A stretch of 64,000 nucleotides of DNA from the IMG/VR virus record IMGVR_UViG_3300008453_000586, one strand, 5' to 3'. Source of the DNA: a virus. Lineage: Duplodnaviria; Heunggongvirae; Uroviricota; Caudoviricetes. Numbering within the stretch: position 1 is the first letter of the stretch; the number at the start of each line of letters is the position of its first letter. The notes beneath the pieces are model-generated. The model was not told the origin of the DNA. It did no database searches and saw only the letters and a list, made by a program, of their open reading frames with translations. Positions 19,695-29,311 of the stretch are shown here, in pieces. The position numbers and the translations under genes were made by a program.

Positions 19695-20030
19695 TTAAGC
19701 TGAAACCCCTTCCAGAGCTTCCTGTAGAGTATGTATCAACCAGACACCGCCAGCTGAAACCAATCCATTTAAAAAAATCATTAAATATAAATTATCTACA
19801 CCAATAGAACCCATCGGGGTTAAATGCGCGTAACCAAAATGAGTCATTAATGCTGAAACAGCAAAACCCATCCAAGTACCTAAACACATAAAACAGGTAA
19901 ATAACTTATATAAACTATAACCACCTTGTCCGAATTTAGCTAAAAAATTTCTAAACCCTTCAAAAAGTGAACCGTAAATAATATTGTTACATGCACCGTA
20001 ACAAATCAGAATAAAAAGTATTGTAATCAT
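19695..20030 (-). CDS. membrane protein (minus strand)
   Basis: 111 aa with three or four hydrophobic segments; one of few minus-strand genes. Confidence 0.4.
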   Translation of the reverse strand: MITILFILICYGACNNIIYGSLFEGFRNFLAKFGQGGYSLYKLFTCFMCLGTWMGFAVSALMTHFGYAHLTPMGSIGVDNLYLMIFLNGLVSAGGVWLIHTLQEALEGVSA

Positions 20031-20054
20031 AATTTTTATTCAAATATACGGTTT

Positions 20055-20351
20055 ATGAGTAAAATAGTCAATATTTATATACAAATATTTTTGTTATTTA
20101 CAAAATTAAAAACAATAATTATATTTAAAACAAAAAATATGAGTATAACTAACAATAGAGAAATTGCGCAAGCGGAAAAAGAAATAATTGCGGAAAAATA
20201 CAAGACAGCTTTAAAGAAAGCTCAGTTTGTACAAGAAATAAAAAGTGGGTTAGGTGAAGAAATAAAAAAGAAACCAAAACCTATCATTAAAAAACCAACT
20301 CTTGGTCAAAAAATAATGATATCAATAAAAAAAATATTTACAAAATTTTAA
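20055..20351 (+). CDS. hypothetical protein
   Basis: 98-aa ORF. Confidence 0.3.
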   Translation: MSKIVNIYIQIFLLFTKLKTIIIFKTKNMSITNNREIAQAEKEIIAEKYKTALKKAQFVQEIKSGLGEEIKKKPKPIIKKPTLGQKIMISIKKIFTKF

Positions 20352-20352
20352 T

Positions 20353-20583
20353 ATGACTTACGAACAATTAATAGAAACAGTATCGGTAATAATTGCCGAC
20401 GAAAGAATACAAAAGAAAGGTTTAATGTTGTCATATACACTACCAGAACATGAGTATAGAAAAATCAATGAAGTTTTGTTTTATAAAAACAATCCAACAG
20501 CAAACTTTATAACTTATGATGATGAGTTTGAGATTGAGATTGCTGGTATTGTTGTAAAACTTAGCAAAATAGTTGGAGTATAA
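20353..20583 (+). CDS. hypothetical protein
   Basis: 76-aa ORF. Confidence 0.3.
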   Translation: MTYEQLIETVSVIIADERIQKKGLMLSYTLPEHEYRKINEVLFYKNNPTANFITYDDEFEIEIAGIVVKLSKIVGV

Positions 20584-20595
20584 GGTTTAATTTAG

Positions 20596-20603
20596 TATCT
20601 TTG
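20596..20603 (+). promoter_or_regulatory. -7 box TATCTTTG; ATG 5 nt downstream (leaderless)
   Basis: tagtatctttgcaaaATG. Confidence 0.5.
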
Positions 20604-20607
20604 CAAA

Positions 20608-20865
20608 ATGAATAGCGAAGTAATAGGTTCAATCGGTACAACACTTATGTTAGCAGCATTCTTGCTGAACATACTAGATAAGTTAGATAACAACAATATC
20701 TTATACATATCCATGAATTTTGTTGGCGGTGCGTTAGCTTGTATAGCGTCATGGATGATTAACTATATCCCATTTGTAATACTTGAAGGGACATGGTCAA
20801 TTATCTCTGGTTGGGCGGTTTATGATTATTTCCAAAAACTGTTTAAAAGCGATGGCAAAAATTAA
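20608..20865 (+). CDS. small membrane protein
   Basis: 85 aa, hydrophobic. Confidence 0.35.
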   Translation: MNSEVIGSIGTTLMLAAFLLNILDKLDNNNILYISMNFVGGALACIASWMINYIPFVILEGTWSIISGWAVYDYFQKLFKSDGKN

Positions 20866-21451
20866 AAAAATTCTAGAAGATTTCGGTGACTATGATTATG
20901 TTGCTGGGTTAGATGAAGTAGGTAGAGGTTGTGGTGCTGGTCCAGTGGTGACAGCAGCGGTAATCATGCCAAAAGGGTTCAAGTCTGAACTTATAAGAGA
21001 TTCCAAACAACTTACCGAAAAACAACGAAACGATGCGTATAAACTTATTTTAGATAACGCGCTGGATGTTGTTTGTTTGGCAAGTACTATCCAAGATATA
21101 AACGATTTGGGTATTAACCCAGCAACATTTAAAACAATGCACAGATGTCTTGATGGTTTAACAATTGAACCAGAACAAATCCTTGTTGATGGTACTGTAT
21201 GGGATAAATGGACAAAAGACATTCCAGTAACACTTGTACCTAAAGGTGATGATACATATACTTGTATAGCTGCGGCTGCTATCGTAGCTAAAGTTAGACG
21301 AGATGAATACATGACCAAGTTACATAAATTGTATCCAATATACCTTTGGGATGGCAATAAAGGGTATCTTAGCCCTCAACATATAGCCGCAATTAAAGAA
21401 CATGGGATATGTAAGTACCATAGAAATCAGTACGTTAGAAATTTTTTATAA
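20852..21451 (+). CDS. rnhB: ribonuclease HII
   Basis: AGLDEVGRGCGAGPVV matches the RNase HII DEAGRGpl active-site motif; start set to ATG 20852 (the track ORF extends upstream with an overlap). Confidence 0.8.
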   Translation: MAKIKKILEDFGDYDYVAGLDEVGRGCGAGPVVTAAVIMPKGFKSELIRDSKQLTEKQRNDAYKLILDNALDVVCLASTIQDINDLGINPATFKTMHRCLDGLTIEPEQILVDGTVWDKWTKDIPVTLVPKGDDTYTCIAAAAIVAKVRRDEYMTKLHKLYPIYLWDGNKGYLSPQHIAAIKEHGICKYHRNQYVRNFL

Positions 21452-21492
21452 AAAAAACGAAAAAAAACTTGACAAGCATATATAAAAAGTAG

Positions 21493-21500
21493 TATCTTTG
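21493..21500 (+). promoter_or_regulatory. -7 box TATCTTTG with -33 TTG (aaacTTGacaagc)
   Basis: Consensus spacing of about 21 nt. Confidence 0.5.
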
Positions 21501-21536
21501 CATTATCAAAAATTAACAATCAAAAATTTTATTATT

Positions 21537-22973
21537 ATGAGTACATTATTAAATGCTATGCAAACTAAAGATTCATTGACTGAAAACGGTATGTCAACTA
21601 ACTCTTCATCATTAAACCTATGTGTGGATTTATTCTTCCAGATTGGTGCTATGAGAGGACAAGATAAACAACGTCTTATCAATGTATTCACGAAAGCGTT
21701 TGGTGAAAACTCATTAACAGCAATGCGTTTGTTGTTCTGGGCACGTGACGTTCGTGGTGGAGCTGGAGAAAGAAAAATCTTCAGAGATATCATAGAGTAT
21801 CTTGCGGCTAACCGTACAGACGCTTTGCGTAAAAACTTACATTTGATTGCCGAGTTCGGTAGATGGGATGACTTACTTGTATTGGTAGGTACACCTTTGG
21901 AAAAAGAAGCTTTGGAGTTAATCGCTAGCGCGTTAGCTAACAAAAACGGTCTTTGTGCTAAATGGATGCCACGTCCAAACGTAGGTAATCGTGAGAAAAA
22001 AAGATGGGCGACAGCCTTGAGAAAACACATGGGTATGTCACCAAAAGACTACCGTAAAATGTTAGTGGAAAACTCTAACACCGTTGAGCAATTGATGTGT
22101 GCTAAAGAATTCTCTAAAATTGAGTACTCTAAATTGCCTTCAAAAGCAATGAGTGACTACATGAAAGCGTTCTCTAAAAATGACTTGGCGCGTTTCCAAG
22201 AATACCTTAACTCTGTTGAGAAAGGTGAAACAAAAATAAACGCTGGTGCCGTATACCCATACGACATTATCAAAAGCTTGAACCAAGGTAACACCAAAGG
22301 TGCTAACGCACAATGGGGTGCACTACCTAACTACATGGAAAACAACAACGAGAAATTCTTGCCAGTTGTTGACGTGTCAGGTTCAATGTCTTGTTCAGCT
22401 GGTGGTAGCGCTAGCGTAACTTGTATGGATGTAGCAATCTCTTTGGGATTATACATTTCAGAAAGAAACGTTGGTCCTTTCCAAGATGCGTTTGTGACTT
22501 TCTCAAGTCGTCCTTCGCTTCAAATCTTGAAAGGTTCTCTTAGTGAGAGATACAACCAATTGAGACGTGCTGATTGGGCAATGTCTACCAACATCGAAGC
22601 AGTGTTCAACTTGATACTTGACAAAGCGAAAGCTTCTAAAGTTTCTCAAGAAGAAATGCCAACAATGATTCTTATCCTTTCGGATATGGAATTCAACTAC
22701 GCTGGTGGTGGAAGTTGGAACCCAACTGCGCAACAAATGATTGAAGCCAAATACGCTCAAGCTGGCTACGCTATGCCTAAAGTTGTATACTGGAACATTC
22801 AGTCAAGAGGTGATAACAACAAACCAGTTCAGTTTGATAAAAACGGTACTGCTTTAGTGTCTGGTTTCTCACCATCTTTATTAACTAGCTTGCTAGCGGG
22901 TAAAGAGATGACACCATACTCTATGATGATGTCTGTTATCGGCTCAGAACGTTACGCTTGCGTAACTGTTTAA
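21537..22973 (+). CDS. vWA-domain protein (DUF2828/UCP015417-like, possibly TROVE-related)
   Basis: MIDAS-like VVDVSGSMSCSAGGS in the C-terminal half; helical N-terminal region. Start set at ATG 21537 (the track start is TTG inside the promoter). Confidence 0.45.
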   Translation: MSTLLNAMQTKDSLTENGMSTNSSSLNLCVDLFFQIGAMRGQDKQRLINVFTKAFGENSLTAMRLLFWARDVRGGAGERKIFRDIIEYLAANRTDALRKNLHLIAEFGRWDDLLVLVGTPLEKEALELIASALANKNGLCAKWMPRPNVGNREKKRWATALRKHMGMSPKDYRKMLVENSNTVEQLMCAKEFSKIEYSKLPSKAMSDYMKAFSKNDLARFQEYLNSVEKGETKINAGAVYPYDIIKSLNQGNTKGANAQWGALPNYMENNNEKFLPVVDVSGSMSCSAGGSASVTCMDVAISLGLYISERNVGPFQDAFVTFSSRPSLQILKGSLSERYNQLRRADWAMSTNIEAVFNLILDKAKASKVSQEEMPTMILILSDMEFNYAGGGSWNPTAQQMIEAKYAQAGYAMPKVVYWNIQSRGDNNKPVQFDKNGTALVSGFSPSLLTSLLAGKEMTPYSMMMSVIGSERYACVTV

Positions 22974-23187
22974 AAATAAGTGTGGGGTGGGAAACTGCTC
23001 CACATCTTAACTAGATTTGTCGCTTAAAAGTTGTATGCAGCAAACAAAAAAACTACAAATATTCAGATACACTATTTAACGTAGGTCCTCTCTTGTAACC
23101 TCTAAAATTTTTTGAATCGAGAGAAACTTCGTAACTGGGTTTAGAAGTAAATGCCCCCGCATCTTGTAGACAAATCGAATAAAAAGA

Positions 23188-23216
23188 AAGCTCCAGCAAT
23201 GGGGCTTTTTTTATTT
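23188..23216 (+). terminator. rho-independent terminator
   Basis: Stem gctcc/ggggc followed by a T-run; closes a 275-nt non-coding region after the vWA gene. Confidence 0.5.
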
Positions 23217-23250
23217 ATAGCATTTACATATTTATTGTTTTTCGTTATAC

Positions 23251-23511
23251 TTGTCTAAAATAAATTTTATGACAAAAATAATAGTAAAAGAAATTGATAG
23301 ATTTTACAGTAGAAAAAAAGGAAAAAACTATATTAGCGAATACTTAATATATATAAACATTGATGGTAAAAACATTGCATGTAGAGAAGTTTTAGGTCAA
23401 ACCGAAAAATCCTTGGTGGTTACAGAATATTTGGTAACACATTTCAAAACTATCCCAAACATTGACGATGTATCAAATTATGTTGAAGAAATAACAAATT
23501 ATAAACAATAA
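23251..23511 (+). CDS. hypothetical protein
   Basis: 86-aa ORF. Confidence 0.3.
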   Translation: MSKINFMTKIIVKEIDRFYSRKKGKNYISEYLIYINIDGKNIACREVLGQTEKSLVVTEYLVTHFKTIPNIDDVSNYVEEITNYKQ

Positions 23512-23514
23512 ACT

Positions 23515-23853
23515 ATGGAAAACCAATATCCACTTATCCTAGTATTTTACTTGGATGCTGAAATGATGAAAATCAAAGAAATTATTCAACCTTTTGCTGA
23601 ATCTGTAAATCATATGTTAGCAGAAAAAAATTCTAACGCTATGGCATTCTTTATACCTACCAAAGGTGAAGAAAGAGTAGAATGTATCAACCCATCAATT
23701 ATAGCTGAGGCTGATATGGCAAAAATCAATCAAATGGTTGAAGATATTAAAGAACAATTCTCAATCGATGCTGATATCGATGTTGAAGACGAAGAAATTG
23801 AAAATAAACCATGCGAATGCGGTGGTAACTGTAAATGTAATAAAAATGACTAA
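23515..23853 (+). CDS. hypothetical acidic protein with C-terminal Cys cluster
   Basis: Ends CECGGNCKCNKND. Confidence 0.3.
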   Translation: MENQYPLILVFYLDAEMMKIKEIIQPFAESVNHMLAEKNSNAMAFFIPTKGEERVECINPSIIAEADMAKINQMVEDIKEQFSIDADIDVEDEEIENKPCECGGNCKCNKND

Positions 23854-24034
23854 CGACCAAAAAGCTGCAATATATGAAGAATGTCTTAGAGAAAGCGATG
23901 CGCTTCAAAGACAAAACTCTAAAATAAAATCTGAATTTGCTGGTAACATACCACCACACTTAGAAGAACAAATAAGAAAAAATGATGCTAGGATTTCGGT
24001 ACTAGTTGGAAAACTTGAAGGTTTGTTTAAATAA
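23846..24034 (+). CDS. hypothetical protein
   Basis: ATG 23846, in frame with track ORF 23738..24034. Confidence 0.3.
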   Translation: MTNDQKAAIYEECLRESDALQRQNSKIKSEFAGNIPPHLEEQIRKNDARISVLVGKLEGLFK

Positions 24035-24663
24035 TGGAAAAAAGATTGTTTGATTATATGGATATGAACTATGTGTTGGGTGATTCAAACATAGTTCATA
24101 CTCATTTTGGTGGTAAAGATTATGGTAGACATATTGCAGAAGAAATTACACTTATTTTTTCTGTAGAATTATCTATTTCTGAACATGTAGTTAAACAATG
24201 GATTTCAAACAAAATTGATGATTTAGAGAACCTAGATAAATTTTGGAGCAAACCTAACCTAGCTAGTTTTTATGAACCTAAAAGACCTAATAGATTTATG
24301 TTGTTATTCCCAGACGAATTTGAAATCCCTCATCAAGTTGTAAAAACAACTGTTAGACCTAGTGTTACGTTTAATAATGGTAGAGTGGAATGGGAAGATA
24401 TTGAAATAATTTTTAGAGACCCAATTCAACCATCAATGGCTGAAAGAATGCACGAATTATTTTTAAGAATTGGTAGTCATTATACCAATAGAGAATTTGA
24501 GTATAGAATACTTATGTTGGGGCCAGTTGGTGACATTGTTGAAGAATGGCGAATATCTGGTTTTGTTAGTCGAATAGATTTTGGTGAGTTAGATTATATC
24601 TCTGATGAACTAATGGATATTAAATTATATATCAAACCAAATAACTGTGTTTTGAACTTTTAA
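24034..24663 (+). CDS. hypothetical protein
   Basis: 209-aa ORF. Confidence 0.35.
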   Translation: MEKRLFDYMDMNYVLGDSNIVHTHFGGKDYGRHIAEEITLIFSVELSISEHVVKQWISNKIDDLENLDKFWSKPNLASFYEPKRPNRFMLLFPDEFEIPHQVVKTTVRPSVTFNNGRVEWEDIEIIFRDPIQPSMAERMHELFLRIGSHYTNREFEYRILMLGPVGDIVEEWRISGFVSRIDFGELDYISDELMDIKLYIKPNNCVLNF

Positions 24664-25313
24664 GGCTTTGTACTGGTTCTTCTTATCTTTCTGTACGGCC
24701 AACCTGTTTCATCGTGAATTAAATCGTATAAACGCCCTATATTCGCTTTTGAAGCGGTACCCATAAACAATAAACTTTTAATTTTTTGTTTTTTTACGAT
24801 TTTACCTAGCGTATGATGTAATCTTTGAGCTTCTTCTAGGTTTTTACAAATAATCAATTCAAATTGTTCTTCATTGTAGATGATTAGCTTATTATAAACC
24901 ACAATAACTTGTTTCACAATCTTTTTTGAGTGAGCGTTGACCATAAGACGTTTAACTATTTCGGTAATAGTAGGTCTTTCTTTTTCTTCATATCCGTATA
25001 TGTAAAATGTTTCTTCTATTTCGAAATAATCCGAATGTAGGATGGTCCAATCACCCAACGGTGGTTCAGTATACAGCTTTCCATAATCATCTCTACGTGT
25101 TCTAAACACATCATTTTCTTCAGTTGGTTTTGTGATACATATTTCGTACTTAACTGGTCTAATACCATGACTATTAATAAATTTTTTAGGAAAATAAACT
25201 TTGTTCTCATCCTTTATCTTATAAAAATTCTTAAAAGCTGTTTCTCTGGTTTTACATATGTGCAAAGTTTTCTTGTATTCACCGTTGGATGTTAAAATTA
25301 CGCGGTATTTCAT
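24660..25313 (-). CDS. hypothetical protein (minus strand)
   Basis: 217-aa ORF converging with the upstream + gene. Confidence 0.35.
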   Translation of the reverse strand: MKYRVILTSNGEYKKTLHICKTRETAFKNFYKIKDENKVYFPKKFINSHGIRPVKYEICITKPTEENDVFRTRRDDYGKLYTEPPLGDWTILHSDYFEIEETFYIYGYEEKERPTITEIVKRLMVNAHSKKIVKQVIVVYNKLIIYNEEQFELIICKNLEEAQRLHHTLGKIVKKQKIKSLLFMGTASKANIGRLYDLIHDETGWPYRKIRRTSTKP

Positions 25314-25343
25314 AAATTATTTGTTTTATATGATAAATTTAAG

Positions 25344-25351
25344 TATATTTG
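25344..25351 (+). promoter_or_regulatory. -7 box TATATTTG
   Basis: TAnnTTTG motif 20 nt upstream of the dnaJ ATG. Confidence 0.45.
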
Positions 25352-25371
25352 CATAAAAATAAAGATTACAT

Positions 25372-26391
25372 ATGAGTAAAAGAGATTATTATGCGGTTTT
25401 AGGGTTAGCCAAAGGGGCTTCACAAGATGAAATCAAAAAAGCTTATAGAAAGCTAGCCAAAGAATTACACCCAGATAAAGGTGGTGATGAAAATAAGTTT
25501 AAAGAAGTGTCTGAAGCTTATGAAGTTCTGTCAGACGAGGATAAAAAATCAAATTATGATAGATTCGGACATAATCAACCTAGAGGCGGTGGTGGAAACC
25601 CATTTGGTTTTAACATGGAAGACATATTTGGTAGTCATTTCAACCAAGGTTATAAACAAGTAAGAGTTGGTGAATCTCTTAGTATCACAGTCAAATTAAC
25701 TCTAGAAGAAATATTCTCTGGTGTTAATAAAACATATAACTATAACAGAAATGTCAGTTGTACAGACTGTGAAGGTCATGGGGGTACTGACCCATATGAT
25801 TGTCCATCGTGTAATGGTAGTGGTATGATAACAAACCTTACTAGAACACCAATGGGAGTGTTTCAATCATCACAACCATGCCCTACGTGTGACGCTACTG
25901 GGACCAAACACAGAACTCCTTGTAACACATGTAGTGGTAGTGGTTTAACAAATATAAAAGAAACTGTAGAAGTTACAGTTCCAGCTGGTATTCAAAATGG
26001 AATGACATTTGTGATGGAAGGTAAAGGTCAAGGTATTAAATCAGGAAACAATGGTGATTTACACATAAAAATCATTGAGTTGCCACATAAAGTGTTTACT
26101 AGAATAGGTGCTGATTTAAAGATGAATCTTAAACTATCTTATCCACAATTGGTTTTGGGCGACAAGGTAGAAATAGACACAATTGAAGGTAACAAAATAA
26201 GAATGAGTGTTCCAGAGTATAGCGACGTTGGTACTAACCTTAGAGTTCCGTTTAAAGGTGTTAGCGTATACGGTAAAGATGGTAGAGGTGACCTTATAGT
26301 TACGTTAGGTATTGAAATACCTAAAGCTTTGGGTGATGAAGCTAAAGAAGCTGTGATAAATCTTAAAGAAAAACTTGCAAAGGAAAAATAA
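25372..26391 (+). CDS. dnaJ: DnaJ chaperone (J domain, four CxxCxGxG zinc-finger repeats, C-terminal domain)
   Basis: DYYAVLGL...HPDK J-domain with HPD; [32 protein letters not shown] repeats. Confidence 0.85.
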   Translation: MSKRDYYAVLGLAKGASQDEIKKAYRKLAKELHPDKGGDENKFKEVSEAYEVLSDEDKKSNYDRFGHNQPRGGGGNPFGFNMEDIFGSHFNQGYKQVRVGESLSITVKLTLEEIFSGVNKTYNYNRNVSCTDCEGHGGTDPYDCPSCNGSGMITNLTRTPMGVFQSSQPCPTCDATGTKHRTPCNTCSGSGLTNIKETVEVTVPAGIQNGMTFVMEGKGQGIKSGNNGDLHIKIIELPHKVFTRIGADLKMNLKLSYPQLVLGDKVEIDTIEGNKIRMSVPEYSDVGTNLRVPFKGVSVYGKDGRGDLIVTLGIEIPKALGDEAKEAVINLKEKLAKEK

Positions 26392-26397
26392 TATTAG

Positions 26398-26405
26398 TAT
26401 ATTTG
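26398..26405 (+). promoter_or_regulatory. -7 box TATATTTG
   Basis: TAnnTTTG motif upstream of 26442. Confidence 0.4.
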
Positions 26406-26441
26406 TAAAAATAACATAACAAAAATAAAAACATTAAACAA

Positions 26442-26876
26442 ATGGCAAAATACGAAGCTCCGTATGACGACACATTAGATTTGTATAACCAATTAATCGA
26501 TAGAGCAGGGTTAGCAAACTACTTAAACATTACAATCTTAGCTGACAACAAACAAAAGAAAATCTTTGTGGTTAAGAAATGTACAGAACTTGAAAAGTTC
26601 AAAACTGGTGATGACGTAAACATTATCATCAACCAAACTCTTTTGGACCAATTACAACCAGACCAAATTCAAATCGTAATGGAAGAATCATTGGCTGGTA
26701 TTCATTACAACACCGAAAAAGACAAATTAGAAATGACTAACCCAGATGTAATCACATATAGTGGTGTCTTGGCTAAATACGGTTTTGATAAATGGAATGT
26801 GATGAGAGAGTCAATCATAACTCTTCAACAAGCTGAAAAGCAACAAGAAGATGAAACAGAAGCTATAACAAAATAA
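26442..26876 (+). CDS. hypothetical protein
   Basis: 144-aa ORF. Confidence 0.35.
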   Translation: MAKYEAPYDDTLDLYNQLIDRAGLANYLNITILADNKQKKIFVVKKCTELEKFKTGDDVNIIINQTLLDQLQPDQIQIVMEESLAGIHYNTEKDKLEMTNPDVITYSGVLAKYGFDKWNVMRESIITLQQAEKQQEDETEAITK

Positions 26877-27298
26877 TGACTAGGGATGAAATCGCTTCAT
26901 TAAGTCCAAACGCTATTGTGTGGGATGATTTAGACGAAGCAATTATAGGGTTGGCCAAAAGAGAAGATTTTGGCCCCCTAGTTATCTACAATTCTGACGG
27001 TATTGTAGATATTAAATTAGACCCAACTTTTTATCAGAGTTTTGAAGACGATGATGAATTTGACTCAATAGATAATTGGGACAGACCAAGTTTTGAAGGT
27101 TTAGTAGCTTACGATGTTGAAAAAGCGATTAAAATATTAATGAATGAGATGGAAGTGTCTGATGATGATATCGAAGATGGTATGACACGAGATGATGTGG
27201 CTTATATGATGGCTTTGGAATATTTCGGTTATAATGTGGCTGGAGCGTTTGTTGGAGATTACACACCGTTGCATTTGTTTATAGAAGAAACAGAATAA
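26876..27298 (+). CDS. hypothetical acidic protein
   Basis: 140-aa ORF. Confidence 0.35.
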   Translation: MTRDEIASLSPNAIVWDDLDEAIIGLAKREDFGPLVIYNSDGIVDIKLDPTFYQSFEDDDEFDSIDNWDRPSFEGLVAYDVEKAIKILMNEMEVSDDDIEDGMTRDDVAYMMALEYFGYNVAGAFVGDYTPLHLFIEETE

Positions 27299-27315
27299 AA
27301 TAACAAAACAAAAAT

Positions 27316-28035
27316 ATGAATTACACACAAGAATTTAAAGACTATGCTATTAAGCATATGGGAATATCTGGTATAGATTTCCACAATTGGGAACAACTTC
27401 AAGAAAAAATCTATGGTGCACAAGCTCCTTTGATTACAACTGGTCCGTCAGCATCTTTGACACCATATATCCTTGAAGAAAGAGAATTGAGGGTGACTCA
27501 AATGGATATCTTTTCCAGAATGATGATGGATAGAATCATTTGGTTGGCTGGTCCAGTTAACGATAGAATGAGCACTGTAGTACAAGCACAGTTATTGTTC
27601 TTGGACAATTTAGAATTGAAAGACATCACCTTGCACGTAGACAGTCCAGGTGGTTCCGTTAAATCAGGTTTGTCAATCGTAGACATTATGAACTACGTTA
27701 AATCCGATATCATCACAATCAACACTGGTATGGCTGCTAGTATGGGTAGCATCCTTTTGGGTGCTGGGACCAAAGGTAAGAGATTTACGTTGAATTTCAG
27801 TCGCGTAATGTTACACCAAGTATCAAGTGGTGCGCAAGGTACTATTCAAGACATCGAAATCTCATTGGCAGAAGCTAGAAAATACAACGAACTTTTGTTT
27901 GGTTTGTTAGGTCAATATACTGACAAAGACCCAGCACAAGTTAAAATAGATGCTGACAGAGATTTATGGTTAAATGCGGAAGAAGCTAAAGCTTACGGTA
28001 TTGTTGATGATATAATCATAAACAGAAAGAAATAA
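27316..28035 (+). CDS. clpP: ATP-dependent Clp protease proteolytic subunit ClpP
   Basis: HVDSPGGSV and GMAASMGS (catalytic Ser) motifs, then MLHQ (catalytic His). Confidence 0.85.
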   Translation: MNYTQEFKDYAIKHMGISGIDFHNWEQLQEKIYGAQAPLITTGPSASLTPYILEERELRVTQMDIFSRMMMDRIIWLAGPVNDRMSTVVQAQLLFLDNLELKDITLHVDSPGGSVKSGLSIVDIMNYVKSDIITINTGMAASMGSILLGAGTKGKRFTLNFSRVMLHQVSSGAQGTIQDIEISLAEARKYNELLFGLLGQYTDKDPAQVKIDADRDLWLNAEEAKAYGIVDDIIINRKK

Positions 28036-28355
28036 TGTTTTCAACCATTCAAAAATATTATAAAGAACTTAAGGTTAACGCCAAAGACTTTATAAAAAAC
28101 ATTGAACAAGAAAGCCTCGAAACCAAAGAGGCTTTCATGTTGATTGTTGACTCGGTCAAAGAAGGGAAAGAATTGACTCAAGAAGAAAAGAATAAAATTG
28201 GTGAACAATTGAAAGATGTTTTGAAAACTACTGGGTTGGTTGGTATTGCATTGTTGCCTGGTGGTACGATATTTTTCATTCTTACCAAGTATTTAAAACT
28301 TAACAAGTATATATTACCATCTTCGTTTCAAGAAAAAGAAAATAATTTAAAATAA
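28035..28355 (+). CDS. hypothetical membrane-associated protein
   Basis: 106 aa with one TM (LVGIALLPGGTIFFIL). Confidence 0.3.
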   Translation: MFSTIQKYYKELKVNAKDFIKNIEQESLETKEAFMLIVDSVKEGKELTQEEKNKIGEQLKDVLKTTGLVGIALLPGGTIFFILTKYLKLNKYILPSSFQEKENNLK

Positions 28356-28380
28356 ACTTGCATTTTGATAAAATATGTAG

Positions 28381-28388
28381 TATATTTG
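28381..28388 (+). promoter_or_regulatory. -7 box TATATTTG with -33 TTG at 28358-28360, driving the tmRNA
   Basis: Consensus spacing of 21 nt; the tmRNA 5' end lies about 50 nt downstream. Confidence 0.5.
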
Positions 28389-28438
28389 TAAAAAATAAAA
28401 AATACGTATATTTATATACATAAGTTCTTTAAATTATT

Positions 28439-28813
28439 GGGGTTAAACGGTATTGACTGGATATAGTCGTAAATCGTAAGCATGTAGTGCTAGATTGGAA
28501 GCACTTTAATCTGTCTATTAAAAAATTGAATTGACAACGATTTCATCGTTTCTGAAAATTTCCTTAACGAAGCTGCATGCAGTTTCGCAGGAGAGGTAGC
28601 TGTAGCCTAATTATAGCTAATAGTGGTAATTCCACTTGATGGTGATAAATCACCAAGAACCAACTTCCTAGTTGTAAAAAAAGGAACGATGGTCGCTGCA
28701 CTTCCATCGGGATAAATAACGCAGCACAACTTTGCTAGAATTAGAAACTAGATAAACATGTAGAAAGCTTTTGAAGAATATGCAACACTGGGGTTCGATT
28801 CCCCATAACTCCA
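28439..28813 (+). ncRNA. ssrA: tmRNA (SsrA)
   Basis: 5' GGGGUUA pairs with 3' UAACUCC (7-bp acceptor stem, one G-U). T-arm GGGGUUCGAUUCCCC next to the 3' end, discriminator A. The 5' GGGGUUAAACGGUAUUGACUGG resembles the canonical tmRNA 5' region. Internal tag-like frame ...gaa gct gca tgc agt ttc gca gga gag gta gct gta gcc taa encodes ...EAACSFAGEVAVA-stop. Confidence 0.7.
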
Positions 28814-28860
28814 CTCGTTATGATTCTGCTCAAAAATAACCGATGAGTGAGAAATAAAAA

Positions 28861-28898
28861 CCCCACTGTAAATCGCTTTACGTGGGGTTTAATTTTTT
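28861..28898 (+). terminator. rho-independent terminator after the tmRNA
   Basis: Stem ccccac...gtgggg followed by a T-run. Confidence 0.55.
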
Positions 28899-29016
28899 AA
28901 GATAATTTGATTATCTTTTAGGTGGTTTGCAACCGCATCCTTTGTTTTTCATGATTTTGTAGAATTATTTAAAGTGTTATAACAAATATAAATATCAATA
29001 AAAATAAATTATTAAT

Positions 29017-29226
29017 ATGTTTAGTAAAAAATATAATATAACTTTGTTAGATAGTAAATGGAATGTTATAAAATCCAACGTAAAATTACCAACAGTACCT
29101 AGGAGAGATGAATATGTTTGGCACGTAAATGTTTATTATAGGGTTCTAAATGTAGTACATTCTACTGATGATAAACAATCGACGTTCATTATTGTTGAAC
29201 AATTTGGTGACAAATTACCCTTATAA
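29017..29226 (+). CDS. hypothetical protein
   Basis: 69-aa ORF. Confidence 0.25.
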   Translation: MFSKKYNITLLDSKWNVIKSNVKLPTVPRRDEYVWHVNVYYRVLNVVHSTDDKQSTFIIVEQFGDKLPL

Positions 29227-29291
29227 TCAAGCAGTTACAAAAAAATTAAAAAAAAGTTTGAAAAAAACTTGACATGAGAGTGAATAATTAG

Positions 29292-29299
29292 TATCTTTG
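29292..29299 (+). promoter_or_regulatory. -7 box TATCTTTG with -33 TTGaca at 29269-29271
   Basis: aaaaaacTTGacatgagagtgaataattagTATCTTTGca; precedes a roughly 400-nt ORF-free region and tRNA-Met. Confidence 0.5.
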
Positions 29300-29311
29300 C
29301 ATATATTTATT

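Noticed and set aside
10794-19700. A lysis cassette (endolysin plus adjacent holin)
   Set aside because: The GH19 endolysin (17127) has no adjacent small multi-TM gene. The nearest candidates (18744, 19695 minus) are separated by unrelated genes, so no cassette can be asserted.
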